A stretch of DNA of 64,000 nucleotides from Escherichia coli (lineage in GTDB: Bacteria; Pseudomonadota; Gammaproteobacteria; Enterobacterales; Enterobacteriaceae). How positions within the stretch are numbered: position 1 is the stretch's first letter; each line of letters begins with the position of its first letter. Under the pieces are notes generated by a model. It was not told the origin of the DNA. It ran no database searches and was given only the letters and a program-made list of their open reading frames with translations. The translations under genes and the position numbers were made by a program. Below, one piece after another: positions 1 to 12,174 of the stretch. Where the stretch lies: assembly GCF_024223415.1 (NCBI RefSeq), contig NZ_CP100500.1; one strand, given 5' to 3'.

Positions 1-20
1 CCCCTCAAAGGAGAAAGAGT

Positions 21-647
21 ATGAAGATCGTGGAAGTCAAACACCCACTCGTCAAACACAAGCTGGGACTGATGCGTGAGCAAGATATCAGCACCAAGCG
101 CTTTCGCGAACTCGCTTCCGAAGTGGGTAGCCTGCTGACTTACGAAGCGACCGCCGACCTCGAAACGGAAAAAGTAACTATCGAAGGCTGGAACGGCCCG
201 GTAGAAATCGACCAGATCAAAGGTAAGAAAATTACCGTTGTGCCAATTCTGCGTGCGGGTCTGGGGATGATGGACGGTGTGCTGGAAAACGTTCCGAGCG
301 CGCGCATCAGCGTTGTCGGTATGTACCGTAATGAAGAAACGCTGGAGCCGGTACCGTACTTCCAGAAACTGGTTTCTAACATCGATGAGCGTATGGCGCT
401 GATCGTTGACCCAATGCTGGCAACCGGTGGTTCCGTTATTGCGACCATCGACCTGCTGAAAAAAGCGGGCTGCAGCAGCATCAAAGTTCTGGTGCTGGTA
501 GCTGCGCCAGAAGGTATCGCTGCGCTGGAAAAAGCGCACCCGGACGTCGAACTGTATACCGCATCGATTGATCAGGGACTGAACGAGCACGGATACATTA
601 TTCCGGGCCTCGGCGATGCCGGTGACAAAATCTTTGGTACGAAATAA
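21..647 (+). CDS. upp: uracil phosphoribosyltransferase
   Basis: 208-aa [23 protein letters not shown]... recognised as Upp; GGAG-type RBS upstream; followed by hairpin plus T-run terminator. Confidence 0.95.
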
Positions 648-663
648 AGAATAAAAATAATTA

Positions 664-692
664 AAGCCGACTTTAAGAGTCGGCTTTTTTTT
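664..692 (+). terminator. rho-independent terminator after upp
   Basis: stem agccgac/gtcggct with short loop followed by T8 run. Confidence 0.7.
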
Positions 693-732
693 GAGTAAAG
701 CGCCTATAACACATAATACAGAGGATAATACT

Positions 733-2022
733 ATGACGCGCCGTGCTATCGGGGTGAGTGAAAGACCGCCACTTTTACAGACAATCCCGCTTAGTTTGCA
801 ACATTTGTTCGCCATGTTTGGTGCAACCGTCCTGGTGCCCGTCTTATTTCATATTAACCCGGCGACTGTACTGTTATTTAACGGTATTGGAACGCTGCTG
901 TATCTCTTCATCTGTAAAGGGAAAATTCCGGCTTATCTTGGTTCCAGCTTTGCCTTTATTTCACCGGTATTGTTACTGTTGCCGTTAGGGTATGAAGTCG
1001 CGCTGGGCGGCTTTATTATGTGCGGCGTGCTGTTCTGCCTGGTTTCTTTTATCGTGAAGAAAGCGGGGACCGGCTGGCTGGACGTGCTGTTTCCACCTGC
1101 GGCAATGGGCGCAATCATTGCCGTCATCGGTCTGGAGCTGGCGGGCGTAGCTGCCGGTATGGCGGGTTTACTCCCGGCTGAAGGGCAAACGCCAGACTCC
1201 AAAACCATCATCATCTCTATTACCACCCTGGCGGTCACGGTTTTAGGTTCCGTGCTGTTTCGTGGTTTCCTGGCAATTATCCCGATTTTAATTGGCGTGC
1301 TGGTGGGGTACGCGCTCTCTTTCGCAATGGGAATTGTCGATACCACGCCGATTATTAATGCTCACTGGTTTGCGCTGCCAACCCTCTATACGCCGCGCTT
1401 CGAGTGGTTTGCCATTCTGACTATTCTGCCAGCGGCGTTAGTGGTTATTGCCGAACACGTAGGGCACCTGGTAGTAACGGCTAATATCGTCAAAAAAGAT
1501 CTGCTGCGCGATCCAGGTCTGCACCGTTCGATGTTTGCTAACGGCCTGTCGACCGTGATCTCCGGCTTCTTTGGCTCCACGCCAAACACCACCTACGGGG
1601 AAAACATTGGCGTGATGGCGATCACCCGTGTTTACAGTACCTGGGTTATCGGCGGGGCGGCGATTTTCGCTATCCTGCTTTCCTGCGTCGGTAAACTGGC
1701 TGCTGCTATCCAGATGATCCCATTGCCGGTGATGGGTGGTGTTTCGCTGCTGCTTTACGGTGTCATCGGTGCTTCTGGTATTCGTGTGTTGATCGAATCG
1801 AAAGTGGATTACAACAAAGCACAGAACCTGATCCTGACTTCCGTGATTTTGATCATCGGCGTCAGTGGCGCGAAGGTAAACATCGGCGCGGCGGAGTTGA
1901 AAGGTATGGCGCTGGCGACCATCGTCGGTATCGGCTTAAGTTTGATTTTCAAACTGATCAGTGTGCTGCGCCCTGAAGAAGTGGTGCTGGACGCAGAAGA
2001 CGCGGATATAACAGACAAATAA
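733..2022 (+). CDS. uraA: uracil:H+ symporter (NCS2 family)
   Basis: ORF track 691..2022; likely true start at the ATG encoding [10 protein letters not shown] (429 aa), polytopic membrane protein. Confidence 0.9.
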   Translation: MTRRAIGVSERPPLLQTIPLSLQHLFAMFGATVLVPVLFHINPATVLLFNGIGTLLYLFICKGKIPAYLGSSFAFISPVLLLLPLGYEVALGGFIMCGVLFCLVSFIVKKAGTGWLDVLFPPAAMGAIIAVIGLELAGVAAGMAGLLPAEGQTPDSKTIIISITTLAVTVLGSVLFRGFLAIIPILIGVLVGYALSFAMGIVDTTPIINAHWFALPTLYTPRFEWFAILTILPAALVVIAEHVGHLVVTANIVKKDLLRDPGLHRSMFANGLSTVISGFFGSTPNTTYGENIGVMAITRVYSTWVIGGAAIFAILLSCVGKLAAAIQMIPLPVMGGVSLLLYGVIGASGIRVLIESKVDYNKAQNLILTSVILIIGVSGAKVNIGAAELKGMALATIVGIGLSLIFKLISVLRPEEVVLDAEDADITDK

Positions 2023-2116
2023 TGTACCGACCGGGCAGTGTTGCTGCCCGGTTCAAACATCATGGCATTCTGTGGTAAACTTCTCGCGATTTTGTGAAAT
2101 CCTGGTTGAGGTATCT

Positions 2117-2818
2117 CTGAACACACCGGCACAGCTCTCTTTGCCACTTTATCTTCCTGACGACGAAACCTTTGCAAGTTTCTGGCCGGGGGATAACTCC
2201 TCTTTACTGGCCGCGCTGCAAAACGTGCTGCGTCAGGAACATAGCGGTTACATCTATCTCTGGGCACGCGAAGGCGCGGGGCGCAGCCATCTGCTGCACG
2301 CGGCTTGCGCGGAATTGTCGCAGCGTGGCGATGCGGTGGGCTATGTCCCACTGGATAAACGCACCTGGTTTGTTCCGGAAGTGCTCGACGGTATGGAGCA
2401 TTTGTCGCTGGTCTGTATCGACAACATTGAGTGTATTGCAGGTGATGAGTTGTGGGAGATGGCGATTTTCGATCTCTACAATCGAATTCTGGAATCGGGC
2501 AAAACACGGTTGTTGATCACCGGTGATCGTCCACCGCGGCAGTTGAATCTGGGATTACCGGATCTCGCGTCGCGACTCGACTGGGGGCAGATCTACAAAT
2601 TGCAGCCACTTTCTGATGAAGATAAGTTGCAGGCGCTACAGTTACGCGCGCGTTTGCGTGGTTTTGAACTGCCGGAAGATGTGGGGCGTTTCTTGCTGAA
2701 GCGGCTCGACAGAGAAATGCGCACGCTATTTATGACGTTGGATCAGTTGGATCGTGCGTCGATTACCGCGCAACGTAAGCTGACCATTCCGTTTGTGAAA
2801 GAAATTCTGAAGTTGTAG
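2117..2818 (+). CDS. hda: DnaA regulatory inactivator Hda (AAA+)
   Basis: ORF 2072..2818 contains the Hda sequence; the N-terminus as I recall it (..[18 protein letters not shown]) begins at a CTG codon at 2117, so a non-AUG start is likely; start position uncertain. Confidence 0.8.
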
Positions 2819-2832
2819 ATAAGGTGTTTATT

Positions 2833-2908
2833 GTCGGATGCGGCGCGAACGCCTTATCCGAACTACGCGAAGTTAATCCATAGAATTCGTAGGCCGGATA
2901 AGACGTGG
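2833..2908. repeat. BIME: one complete REP/PU plus the left half of a second PU that is interrupted by the IS
   Basis: gtcggatgcggcgcgaacgccttatccgaactacg (complete PU) then cgtaggccggataagacg (half PU) directly abutting the IS. Confidence 0.75.
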
Positions 2909-3435
2909 CAATGAACTGCACCCCAAATGTTGGACATAATCTGACATCTGAAGGTGCAGTTTATGAAACATTCATTTGAAGTAAAACTTGCCGCTGTAAA
3001 TCATTACCTGGCCGGTCATGCAGGCATCATTTCTACGGCAAAACTCTTTCAACTTTCTCACACCAGCCTCTCACACTGGATTAATCTTTTTCTTCTTCAC
3101 GGTCCTCAGGCACTGGATTGCAGACACAAGCGTAGCTATTCTCCTGAAGATAAACTTTGCGTGGTTCTTTATGCTCTCGGGCATTCTGAGTCTCTACCCC
3201 GGGTAGCTGCCCGGTTTAACATTCCCAGCCACAACATGGTTAAAAACTGGATAAAAGGCTACCGCAAATCTGGTAATGAGGCCTTTATCAGGCGCAGGAA
3301 GGAGAAAAGCATGACCCGTTCTGATGATACCCATGAAAACGAGGCAAACATGACGCCGGAAGAGATGAAGAATGAGCTGCGTTATCTTCGCGCAGAAAAT
3401 GCATATCTGAAAGCCATGCAGGAGCATCTCCTGGA

Positions 3436-3442
3436 AAAAAAG
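3436..3442 (+). other. programmed -1 ribosomal frameshift heptamer A AAA AAG
   Basis: A7G run in the orfA zero frame where the orfB reading frame opens; canonical IS3-family frameshift motif. Confidence 0.7.
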
Positions 3443-4343
<901 letters not shown>

Positions 4344-4391
4344 GCAAGCGTCGCATCCGGCAATGTGCTTCAACTAGCGATGGCGCACATC

Positions 4392-4751
4392 TTAACCCAC
4401 GATTTCCAGTACCTGCTCCGGTGGACGACCAATTCGCGCTTTGCCATTCGCGACCACAATCGGGCGCTCCATCAGCTTCGGATTATCCACCATTGCCTGA
4501 ATCAGCGCCTCTTCGCTAAGCGAACTGTCAGCCAGGTTCAGTTCTTTATAAAGATCCTCTTTCTGGCGCATCAATTCACGGGCGCTATTCATCCCCAGCA
4601 TTTTCAGCAAATCGCGCAGCGTTGCCGCATCGGCGGGTGTCTCAAGGTAGAGCACCACTTCTGGCTCCACGCCGTTTTCTTTCAGCAGGTTCAGCGTTTC
4701 CCGGCTCTTTGAACAGCGTGGGTTATGGTAGATTTTTACCTGTTTGGTCAT
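4392..4751 (-). CDS. yfgD: ArsC/Spx-family protein (putative arsenate reductase homologue)
   Basis: 119-aa ORF MTKQVKIYHNPRCSKSRETL... with N-terminal CxxS-type redox motif. Confidence 0.8.
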   Translation of the reverse strand: MTKQVKIYHNPRCSKSRETLNLLKENGVEPEVVLYLETPADAATLRDLLKMLGMNSARELMRQKEDLYKELNLADSSLSEEALIQAMVDNPKLMERPIVVANGKARIGRPPEQVLEIVG

Positions 4752-4771
4752 TGTTCTTCCTTTAATGCGAA

Positions 4772-6235
4772 TTACATCTTGGTATAAGGCTTAAAGCGTT
4801 CCTGCAGCTGGCGCAACTGGTCGATGCGCGCATCGTAACGCGCTTGTTGCAGGCTGCCTAATTTCACCTGCGAACTGGCGCTACTCAACAGCGAAATGGC
4901 CTGATCGAGTCGCCCGGCGAGCGCATAACCTTCTGCTCGCGCAGCCAGTTCCTGATCGCGGTTATTTAGCGCGGCTTCCGCCTGTGCCAGCAAATCCCAG
5001 CCGTTGCTGTCATCTTTATTATTAAAGGTGTAGCGATTCAGAATATTGGCCGCTTCTTGTGGTTGACCGCCTTGCAGATAAGCGTTCGCCAGGTTGAGCT
5101 GCAACACCGGATTGGTGCGTAAATCGCGGGCATTTTTCAGACGATTGATCGCCTCATTGGCTTTGTTTTGCCCAAGATCAATATCGGTAGCCAGATCGAG
5201 ATACCATGCGTTGCCAGGTTCTGCCGCCAGTAACGGTTGCAGCGTTTTTCGCGCCTCGTCGTATTTATTGGCTTCCATCGCCTGTAAAGCACGACCATAT
5301 TGCGCCGCTCGTTGCTGACGAACGTTTCCTTTCGCCCATTCATCCAGCAAATCACTGGTGAGCTGGTTACGTCCGGAATTATACATCCCCAGTGTGCGCG
5401 CTTTCGCCAGATAGAAATCTTCCGACGACTGCACCACCATCGGGCGCATCTGATTAGCACGGTTGCGGGCATCTGCCAGACGACTTTCCGGCAACGGGTG
5501 AGTCAGTAAAATTTCCGGCGGGCGCGAGGAGTAACGCGCCTGATCGAGTAATTTTTCGAGGAAGGTTGGCATCGCCTGCGGATCGAATCCCGAGCGTTGC
5601 AGCACCTGAATACCAATGCGGTCCGCTTCCTGTTCATTTTGCTGGGTGAAACTGATCATCCCCTGACGCGTTCCCGCCAGTGTACCGGTCAGCGCCGCCA
5701 TCCCCGCCTGCGGACTGGCCATCGCCAGTAAAATAGAACCTAACGCGCCGACCCAGGTCAGCGGCGCGCTGCGCTGCTGATCTTCCATCGCTCGCGCCAG
5801 GTGACGTTGGGTGACGTGGGAGATTTCGTGCGCCATAACTGAAGCCAGTTGACTTTCGTTATCGGAATAACGGAACAGGGCAGAGTGCAGCACCACGTTG
5901 CCGCCAAAGAAAGCAAAGGCGTTAATTTCGTCGTTGTTGATCAGAAAAAAATGAAACGGTGTCTTAACCGAATTGGCATGCGAAACCAGACGCATCCCCA
6001 GCGAATTAATATATTGCGTTAACAGCGGGTCATTAATTAACGGCGCGCTGCCGCGTAGCTGGCGGACATAATAGTCGCCCATCTGCATTTCCTGACCAAT
6101 GGAAAGCGTGCTTCCTGCGGAGGTTCCCATATCCGGCAAGGTGTCTGCGCTGTCGGCAAATGCCGGGGCTACCTGACCAATGGTCATAGCAGCAATGAGG
6201 GTTGCAACCAGGTTTTTTTTCAACTGCCTGAACAT
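4772..6235 (-). CDS. bepA: periplasmic M48 metalloprotease with TPR repeats (beta-barrel assembly-enhancing protease)
   Basis: 487-aa ORF with signal peptide, HEISH zinc-binding motif and C-terminal TPR-like region. Confidence 0.9.
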
Positions 6236-6447
6236 AACCTCTATCCTGTATTTCTGAAGATAGTCATTTGACCGATACTGTGAAATATCGTTCCCACCGC
6301 GCCGCCTTTGAGTGTAACGGCGAAGATTAGCCCACTCAAATGACTTTTCAGTTTCCTGAATCCGTCATAAAAAGCGAAGTCTTTTTTGTGACATTTCGAT
6401 ACAATTGCGGATCGCAATCCCGCTCTTGAGGTTCAGGGAAGGTCTTT

Positions 6448-7509
6448 ATGCTCGAAATGTTGATGCAATGGTATCGCCGCCGTTTTAGCGACCCGGAAGC
6501 GATTGCCTTGCTGGTTATTTTAGTTGCCGGATTTGGCATTATCTTTTTCTTTAGTGGCCTGCTTGCTCCGTTGCTGGTGGCTATTGTGCTGGCCTATTTG
6601 CTGGAATGGCCAACCGTGCGCCTGCAATCTATTGGCTGCTCCCGCCGCTGGGCGACGTCGATTGTATTGGTGGTTTTTGTCGGTATATTGCTACTGATGG
6701 CGTTCGTGGTACTGCCTATCGCCTGGCAACAGGGCATCTACTTAATCCGCGATATGCCGGGGATGCTCAATAAGCTTTCTGACTTTGCCGCCACGTTGCC
6801 GCGCCGCTATCCGGCGTTAATGGATGCGGGCATTATTGATGCAATGGCCGAAAATATGCGCAGTCGGATGCTGACCATGGGCGATTCGGTGGTGAAAATT
6901 TCCCTCGCCTCGCTGGTCGGTTTGCTGACCATAGCCGTCTATCTGGTGCTGGTACCATTGATGGTCTTCTTCCTGCTGAAAGACAAAGAGCAGATGCTGA
7001 ACGCCGTTCGTCGGGTGCTGCCGCGTAACCGTGGGCTGGCAGGACAGGTGTGGAAGGAGATGAATCAACAAATCACCAACTATATCCGCGGCAAAGTGCT
7101 GGAGATGATCGTGGTGGGGATCGCCACCTGGCTGGGGTTCTTGCTCTTTGGGCTGAACTATTCGCTGCTGCTGGCGGTGCTGGTCGGCTTCTCGGTACTT
7201 ATTCCGTACATTGGCGCATTTGTGGTGACCATTCCTGTGGTTGGCGTGGCGCTATTCCAGTTTGGTGCAGGCACGGAATTCTGGAGCTGCTTCGCAGTGT
7301 ATCTGATTATTCAGGCGCTGGACGGTAATCTGTTAGTACCGGTGTTGTTCTCCGAAGCGGTTAACCTGCATCCGCTGGTGATTATTTTATCGGTGGTGAT
7401 CTTCGGTGGTTTGTGGGGATTCTGGGGCGTATTCTTCGCCATTCCATTGGCGACGCTGATCAAAGCCGTGATCCACGCCTGGCCCGATGGTCAAATAGCG
7501 CAAGAATAA
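6448..7509 (+). CDS. perM: AI-2E family membrane transporter
   Basis: 353-aa hydrophobic ORF; position between bepA and focB matches yfgO/perM. Confidence 0.8.
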   Translation: MLEMLMQWYRRRFSDPEAIALLVILVAGFGIIFFFSGLLAPLLVAIVLAYLLEWPTVRLQSIGCSRRWATSIVLVVFVGILLLMAFVVLPIAWQQGIYLIRDMPGMLNKLSDFAATLPRRYPALMDAGIIDAMAENMRSRMLTMGDSVVKISLASLVGLLTIAVYLVLVPLMVFFLLKDKEQMLNAVRRVLPRNRGLAGQVWKEMNQQITNYIRGKVLEMIVVGIATWLGFLLFGLNYSLLLAVLVGFSVLIPYIGAFVVTIPVVGVALFQFGAGTEFWSCFAVYLIIQALDGNLLVPVLFSEAVNLHPLVIILSVVIFGGLWGFWGVFFAIPLATLIKAVIHAWPDGQIAQE

Positions 7510-7513
7510 TCTT

Positions 7514-7547
7514 CAGCCCGACGAACTGTTTCGCCGGGCTGATTTTT
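7514..7547. terminator. hairpin terminator between convergent perM and focB
   Basis: cagcccg...cgggctg stem followed by T5 on the + strand. Confidence 0.55.
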
Positions 7548-8395
7548 CAGGATTCCTGACGTAAATAAATAGCCCGATAACATATACTCACCAGCACTGC
7601 ACCGCCGATAATATTACCCAGCATCACCGGGAGCAGATTGGCGGTAATAAAATGGCTTACCGTCAGTGCCGGAAAATTGTCTGCGCTACTGTGCGCCAGT
7701 TGCCAGAAGGAGGTAGGGGCGAAATGGCGAATGGCAATGGCGAACGGAATCACAAACAAATTGGCGATACAGTGCTCAAAGCCACTGGCGACAAACAGGG
7801 TGATGGGCAAAATCATGGCGACGATTTTGTCGCATAACGAACGCCCGCAATAACTCATCCACAGCGCCAGGCAAACCATCAGATTGCACATAATGCCGAG
7901 GCTGACAGATTCAGTAAATGTATGATGCATTTTGCCCTCGGCGCAGTGTAAAACCGCGACTCCCCACATCGCGTTTTCACTCATCACCAGCCCGGAAAAC
8001 CAGATTAACAAACTGAAACAGGCAATACCTGCCAGATTACCGCAGGCCACCAGAAGTGCGTTAATCAGCCAAGTTCGCCAACTAATAAGGCCCCGACTTT
8101 TTGCCATCACCGTCATTACCGACGAGGTGAACAGGCTGGTGCCGCAAACCGCCAGCAAAATAAAGCCGAGTGTAAAGCAAAGGCCGCCCACCAGATGGGT
8201 TAATGCCTGTGAAGACGGGGCATCGGCGATAACGGAAAGGTAAAAAGTAAATCCGATCGCCATAAACACGCCAGCGGACATCGCCATTAAAAAGACCGAC
8301 ACTTTACTGCGGGCAATTTTATGGGCGGCAATCCGTTCAGCGATTGCCGCTTTTCTGGCGCTCAACTGCAAGTCGAAAGAGAGTTTGTTTCTCAT
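7547..8395 (-). CDS. focB: formate channel (FNT family)
   Basis: 282-aa membrane ORF immediately downstream of hyfR in the same orientation. Confidence 0.85.
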   Translation of the reverse strand: MRNKLSFDLQLSARKAAIAERIAAHKIARSKVSVFLMAMSAGVFMAIGFTFYLSVIADAPSSQALTHLVGGLCFTLGFILLAVCGTSLFTSSVMTVMAKSRGLISWRTWLINALLVACGNLAGIACFSLLIWFSGLVMSENAMWGVAVLHCAEGKMHHTFTESVSLGIMCNLMVCLALWMSYCGRSLCDKIVAMILPITLFVASGFEHCIANLFVIPFAIAIRHFAPTSFWQLAHSSADNFPALTVSHFITANLLPVMLGNIIGGAVLVSICYRAIYLRQES

Positions 8396-8416
8396 GCATA
8401 CTCCTGCAAAAACAGA

Positions 8417-10429
8417 TTACAACACCTCGCGAACCGAGATCCCCAGCCGCTGCATTCGTGACAGCAGCGTGGTGCGCTTCATCCCTAATCGCGTCGCTGC
8501 GCCACGGGGCCCGGCAACAATGCCATTGGTTTCTCGCAATACCTGAACAATGCGCTGACGTTCTTCTTCGTCATTCTCTGGCGTCGTCGGGTGCAGTAAC
8601 TGCGCCATTGAACTGCGAAGCGCTGAATCTTCATTTAGCGTCGGCAGTAAACGGCTTTGTCGGACATTAAGATGTAAATTCAGACTGTTACCGCGAGTCA
8701 GTAGTACCGCTCGCTCAATCACGTTTTCCAGCTCGCGCACGTTGCCCGGCCAGTCCCACGACATCAACTGGCGTAGCGCCTCGGTCGGGATGGCGTCAAT
8801 TGCGCGATTCATATGGCGCGCCATTTTTTGCGTGAAATGCTTTGCTAAAAGAGGGATATCTTCCGGACGGTCGCGCAGTGGCGGCAGTTCCAGTGGGAAG
8901 ACATTCAGGCGATAAAAGAGATCGCTGCGAAACTGGCGATCTTCAACCATTTGCCACAAATCACGGTTGGTGGCGGCAATGACTCTGACATTTACCGGGA
9001 TCGTTCTACTCCCGCCGAGACGCTCAATTTCCCGTTCCTGCAATACGCGCAGCAGTTTAGGCTGAAGTTCTAACGGCAGATCGCCAATTTCATCGAGAAA
9101 CAACGTGCCGCCATCGGCAATTTCAAAACGACCACGATGGGTATTAATCGCACCAGTAAATGCCCCTTTGTCATGACCGAATAACTCACTTTCCAGAAGA
9201 CTGGCGGGGATGGCAGCGCAGTTGATTTTGACCAGCGGCTTGTCGCGTCGTGGGCTAAGTTGATGGATCGCTCTGGCGATCACCTCTTTGCCGGTTCCGG
9301 TTTCACCACAAATCAACACCGTACTGTCGCTCTTCGCCACAATATCTACCTGCTGGAGCAAATCTTCCATTGCCTGGCTTTGATAGATAATGTCACCGAC
9401 GCCCAGATTCGAAAGGAGCTGCTCGCTAAGCTGGTGGTTTTCTTGCTGCAAGCTTTCCTGCAAATCGGTCATGCTGCGCCAGGCATCGGCATTGCCAACG
9501 GCAATAGCGATGCGATCGGCAATATGTTGTAGTAGCTGGCAGTTTTCCTCACTAAAGAGAGTGGAAGATGTATGCGCCAGCAACAATGCACCCGGTGTAT
9601 GGTTGCCAAAGGTGAGCGGTATAAGGAGCGCAGATTCGCAGCCGTTAGATGCAAGTAAGTGTAATAACGGGTCGCGTTGCCAGAGAAACAGATCGTCTGC
9701 ACGGTGCGTCAAGGTCGGTTGTCGGGTTTGTAGCGTTTGTGTCAGCAATACACTTTCGCCAGGCATACTGCGTGGCAGACATGCACAATCTGAGGCGGAA
9801 AAAACGCTGCACCACAGGCTGAACTTCTCGTTCTTTCGATGATCGCCCAGTACCATACAGACTGAAGCCAGACCGAAAAAATGATGGATCTCACGAGCGA
9901 CGTCAGCGATCAGATCGTCGAGATCAAGATGTGACAACACTGCATTAGTGATATCCACCAGTACCCGATGATGATCGCGATCTTTCTCCAGCAAACGCAG
10001 CGCCACCTGCTGTTCTTCATCATTGAGCCATGATTGCAGAACCGGGGTGATTATCCGCGCCAGCCAGTTAAACAGTGTGCAATCCTGGGGAGTAAAACGG
10101 CTGCCGTGAGTGCGAATAAAGCGTAGCTCCGCCATTCCACTACTGCCGAGAAGGACGGCGTGACGCGAATAATCGACCATCTCGCCCTGATACTCTGTTG
10201 TTGCCGTCACATCGCTGCCATCATCATGGTAGCGGTAATAGAAGTTGCTTTTGAGAACATGCAGTTCAATAAGTTGTACCGGGCTGAACGGCGGCGGCAG
10301 CGGGATGAAGGCGCGTAATAAAGACGCCTTGCCGTGTTTCTGCGCTAACCGCTCCGCGAGCATTCCGTTTACCGCTTCAATTGTTATTCCTTGTGGCGGG
10401 GCAAACATCGCCTCGTCTGACATAGCCAT
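8417..10429 (-). CDS. hyfR: sigma54-dependent transcriptional activator of the hyf operon
   Basis: 670-aa product with GAF-like N-terminal region, AAA+ sigma54 activator core ([14 protein letters not shown]) and C-terminal HTH. Confidence 0.9.
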   Translation of the reverse strand: MAMSDEAMFAPPQGITIEAVNGMLAERLAQKHGKASLLRAFIPLPPPFSPVQLIELHVLKSNFYYRYHDDGSDVTATTEYQGEMVDYSRHAVLLGSSGMAELRFIRTHGSRFTPQDCTLFNWLARIITPVLQSWLNDEEQQVALRLLEKDRDHHRVLVDITNAVLSHLDLDDLIADVAREIHHFFGLASVCMVLGDHRKNEKFSLWCSVFSASDCACLPRSMPGESVLLTQTLQTRQPTLTHRADDLFLWQRDPLLHLLASNGCESALLIPLTFGNHTPGALLLAHTSSTLFSEENCQLLQHIADRIAIAVGNADAWRSMTDLQESLQQENHQLSEQLLSNLGVGDIIYQSQAMEDLLQQVDIVAKSDSTVLICGETGTGKEVIARAIHQLSPRRDKPLVKINCAAIPASLLESELFGHDKGAFTGAINTHRGRFEIADGGTLFLDEIGDLPLELQPKLLRVLQEREIERLGGSRTIPVNVRVIAATNRDLWQMVEDRQFRSDLFYRLNVFPLELPPLRDRPEDIPLLAKHFTQKMARHMNRAIDAIPTEALRQLMSWDWPGNVRELENVIERAVLLTRGNSLNLHLNVRQSRLLPTLNEDSALRSSMAQLLHPTTPENDEEERQRIVQVLRETNGIVAGPRGAATRLGMKRTTLLSRMQRLGISVREVL

Positions 10430-10458
10430 CAACAGTCCTTATTAATGAGAAATCCTTC

Positions 10459-10872
10459 TCACGCAATTTTTCTGGCCATCAGATAGATGGCCGGTTCCTG
10501 CACAATTTCATCCAACAGATGAATGAATTGAATGCTACGCGCCTGCCACGCCGACGTCGCGTCATCTGCCAGTGGCGCGAATGCCCGGGTCAACAGGGCG
10601 GTGTGGCTGGCGTCAATAACAATCTCACCAAAGGTCATCACCCCCAGCATCTTACGTCGGGCTTGCTTCTCTTCGACCTGTGCAAGCCAATCTTCGTATT
10701 CCGTCTGTGGGCAGCGGAAGGCGACATTCAGACAATCAATCACGCCAACGTGATGACCGATAGCCAACGAGTAATACATTACCTGGGAGCTGTGTTCCGG
10801 CATCTCGTCGCTACTGGCGATAAATTTTTTTCGCAGCGTCCAGAAAACAATTTCCCCGCACTCTTCAGTCAT
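10459..10872 (-). CDS. hyfJ: hydrogenase-4 component J (HycH-like maturation factor)
   Basis: ORF track 10459..10935; likely start at [10 protein letters not shown] giving 137 aa; overlaps hyfI stop by 8 nt. Confidence 0.8.
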
Positions 10873-11623
10873 GTAACCCCCGGAGTACGCGAAAGAGTTG
10901 CTGAACGATACTATTGAGACGTGGATCATCGGCATCGCGCAACCAGGTGTTAACCCGATTTCCTGTAGGATCGTCGCTTAAATGGCGCAGGAGCCGATCG
11001 CAAATTTCTCGCCCCTGACGATAGCCCGCCAGCCGCCGCGCTTCTCGCTCAATGGCGATACGCTGTGATGGCGGGATCTGCGGCCACAACGGTTGCATAG
11101 TCACCCCGGTGGGATCGCGATAATCCACCGCGTGAATCTTCTGTTGCAGCAAACCGAGCGCCACGGCGAAACCGTGAATGGTGGCGGCCGGTGTTGGCGG
11201 GCAGCCGGGGATCCAAACATCAATGGGGACAATGGTGTCGCTGCCGCCCCAGACGCTGTAGAGATCGTGGAAAATACCGCCGCCGACACCGCACGCGCCG
11301 TAGGAAACACAGATTTTATGATCGGGGGCAGACTCATACGCCCGAAGTGCAGGCATACGCATCGCCCGGGTGACTGCGCCAGTAAATAACAAAATATCGG
11401 CGTGACGCGGTGATGAAACAACCTTAATGCCAAAACGTTCTGCGTCGAATACGGGTGTGATGGCGGCAAAAATTTCGATTTCACAGGCGTTGCAGCCGCC
11501 GCAATCGACGCGATAAACGTAGGCTGAGCGACGGATATCCTGTAGCAAATGCCGCTTCATCTTTTGCGTTTGCTCGTCCAGCGTGATGGGCTGGCTGACA
11601 TGTTGTGTAAGCACTGGACTCAT
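10865..11623 (-). CDS. hyfI: hydrogenase-4 small subunit (NuoB-like)
   Basis: 252-aa ORF with CGGC and GCPP cysteine motifs of the Fe-S small subunit. Confidence 0.9.
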
Positions 11624-12165
11624 AGCTGCTCCTTAGCCACCAGCGGTACATCTGTATCGTCGTTGATCAGCGTCGCGCGTTGTTTGCACTCCGGGCAGAC
11701 GCTCGCTTGCGCCCGCAACATTTCGCGGTTTTGTGGCGCATTTTGTTGCTGTGCCAACAATTCAGCAGCCAGTGCGACGGTTTTTTGCGGGGCAAACGGG
11801 CGTTCGCAACGGCTGCAACGTTGTAGATGGAACGTCGCGCGGGTATAGAGATCGGCTTTATTGGTGACGGTCAGTTCAAAGTTATTGGTAAGCTGAATGG
11901 CTCTGGTCGGGCACACTTCTTCACAACGTCCGCAGTAAATACAACGCCCCAGATAGAGCTGCCAGGTGCGCGAATTTTGCTGGTCGTCGGTCTGGATAGT
12001 CAGCGCATTTGCCGGACAAGCACAGGCGCAGGCACCACAGGCAATACATTGGCTGGGCATCAGGTCCGGTTTCCCGCGAAAGCCTGGGCTGACCTCCAGT
12101 GGCGCGAAGGGATATTTCACCGTCGCGGTTCCGGCGCGCATAATAGTTTTCAGTAACTTCAGCAT
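11620..12165 (-). CDS. hyfH: hydrogenase-4 ferredoxin-type subunit (2x[4Fe-4S])
   Basis: 181-aa ORF with two CxxCxxCxxxCP motifs. Confidence 0.9.
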
Positions 12166-12174
12166 CTTCTGTCC

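Noticed and set aside
1809-2507. 232-aa minus-strand ORF spanning the uraA 3' end and hda
   Set aside because: Overlaps two well-supported genes on the opposite strand and crosses their intergenic terminator; spurious.
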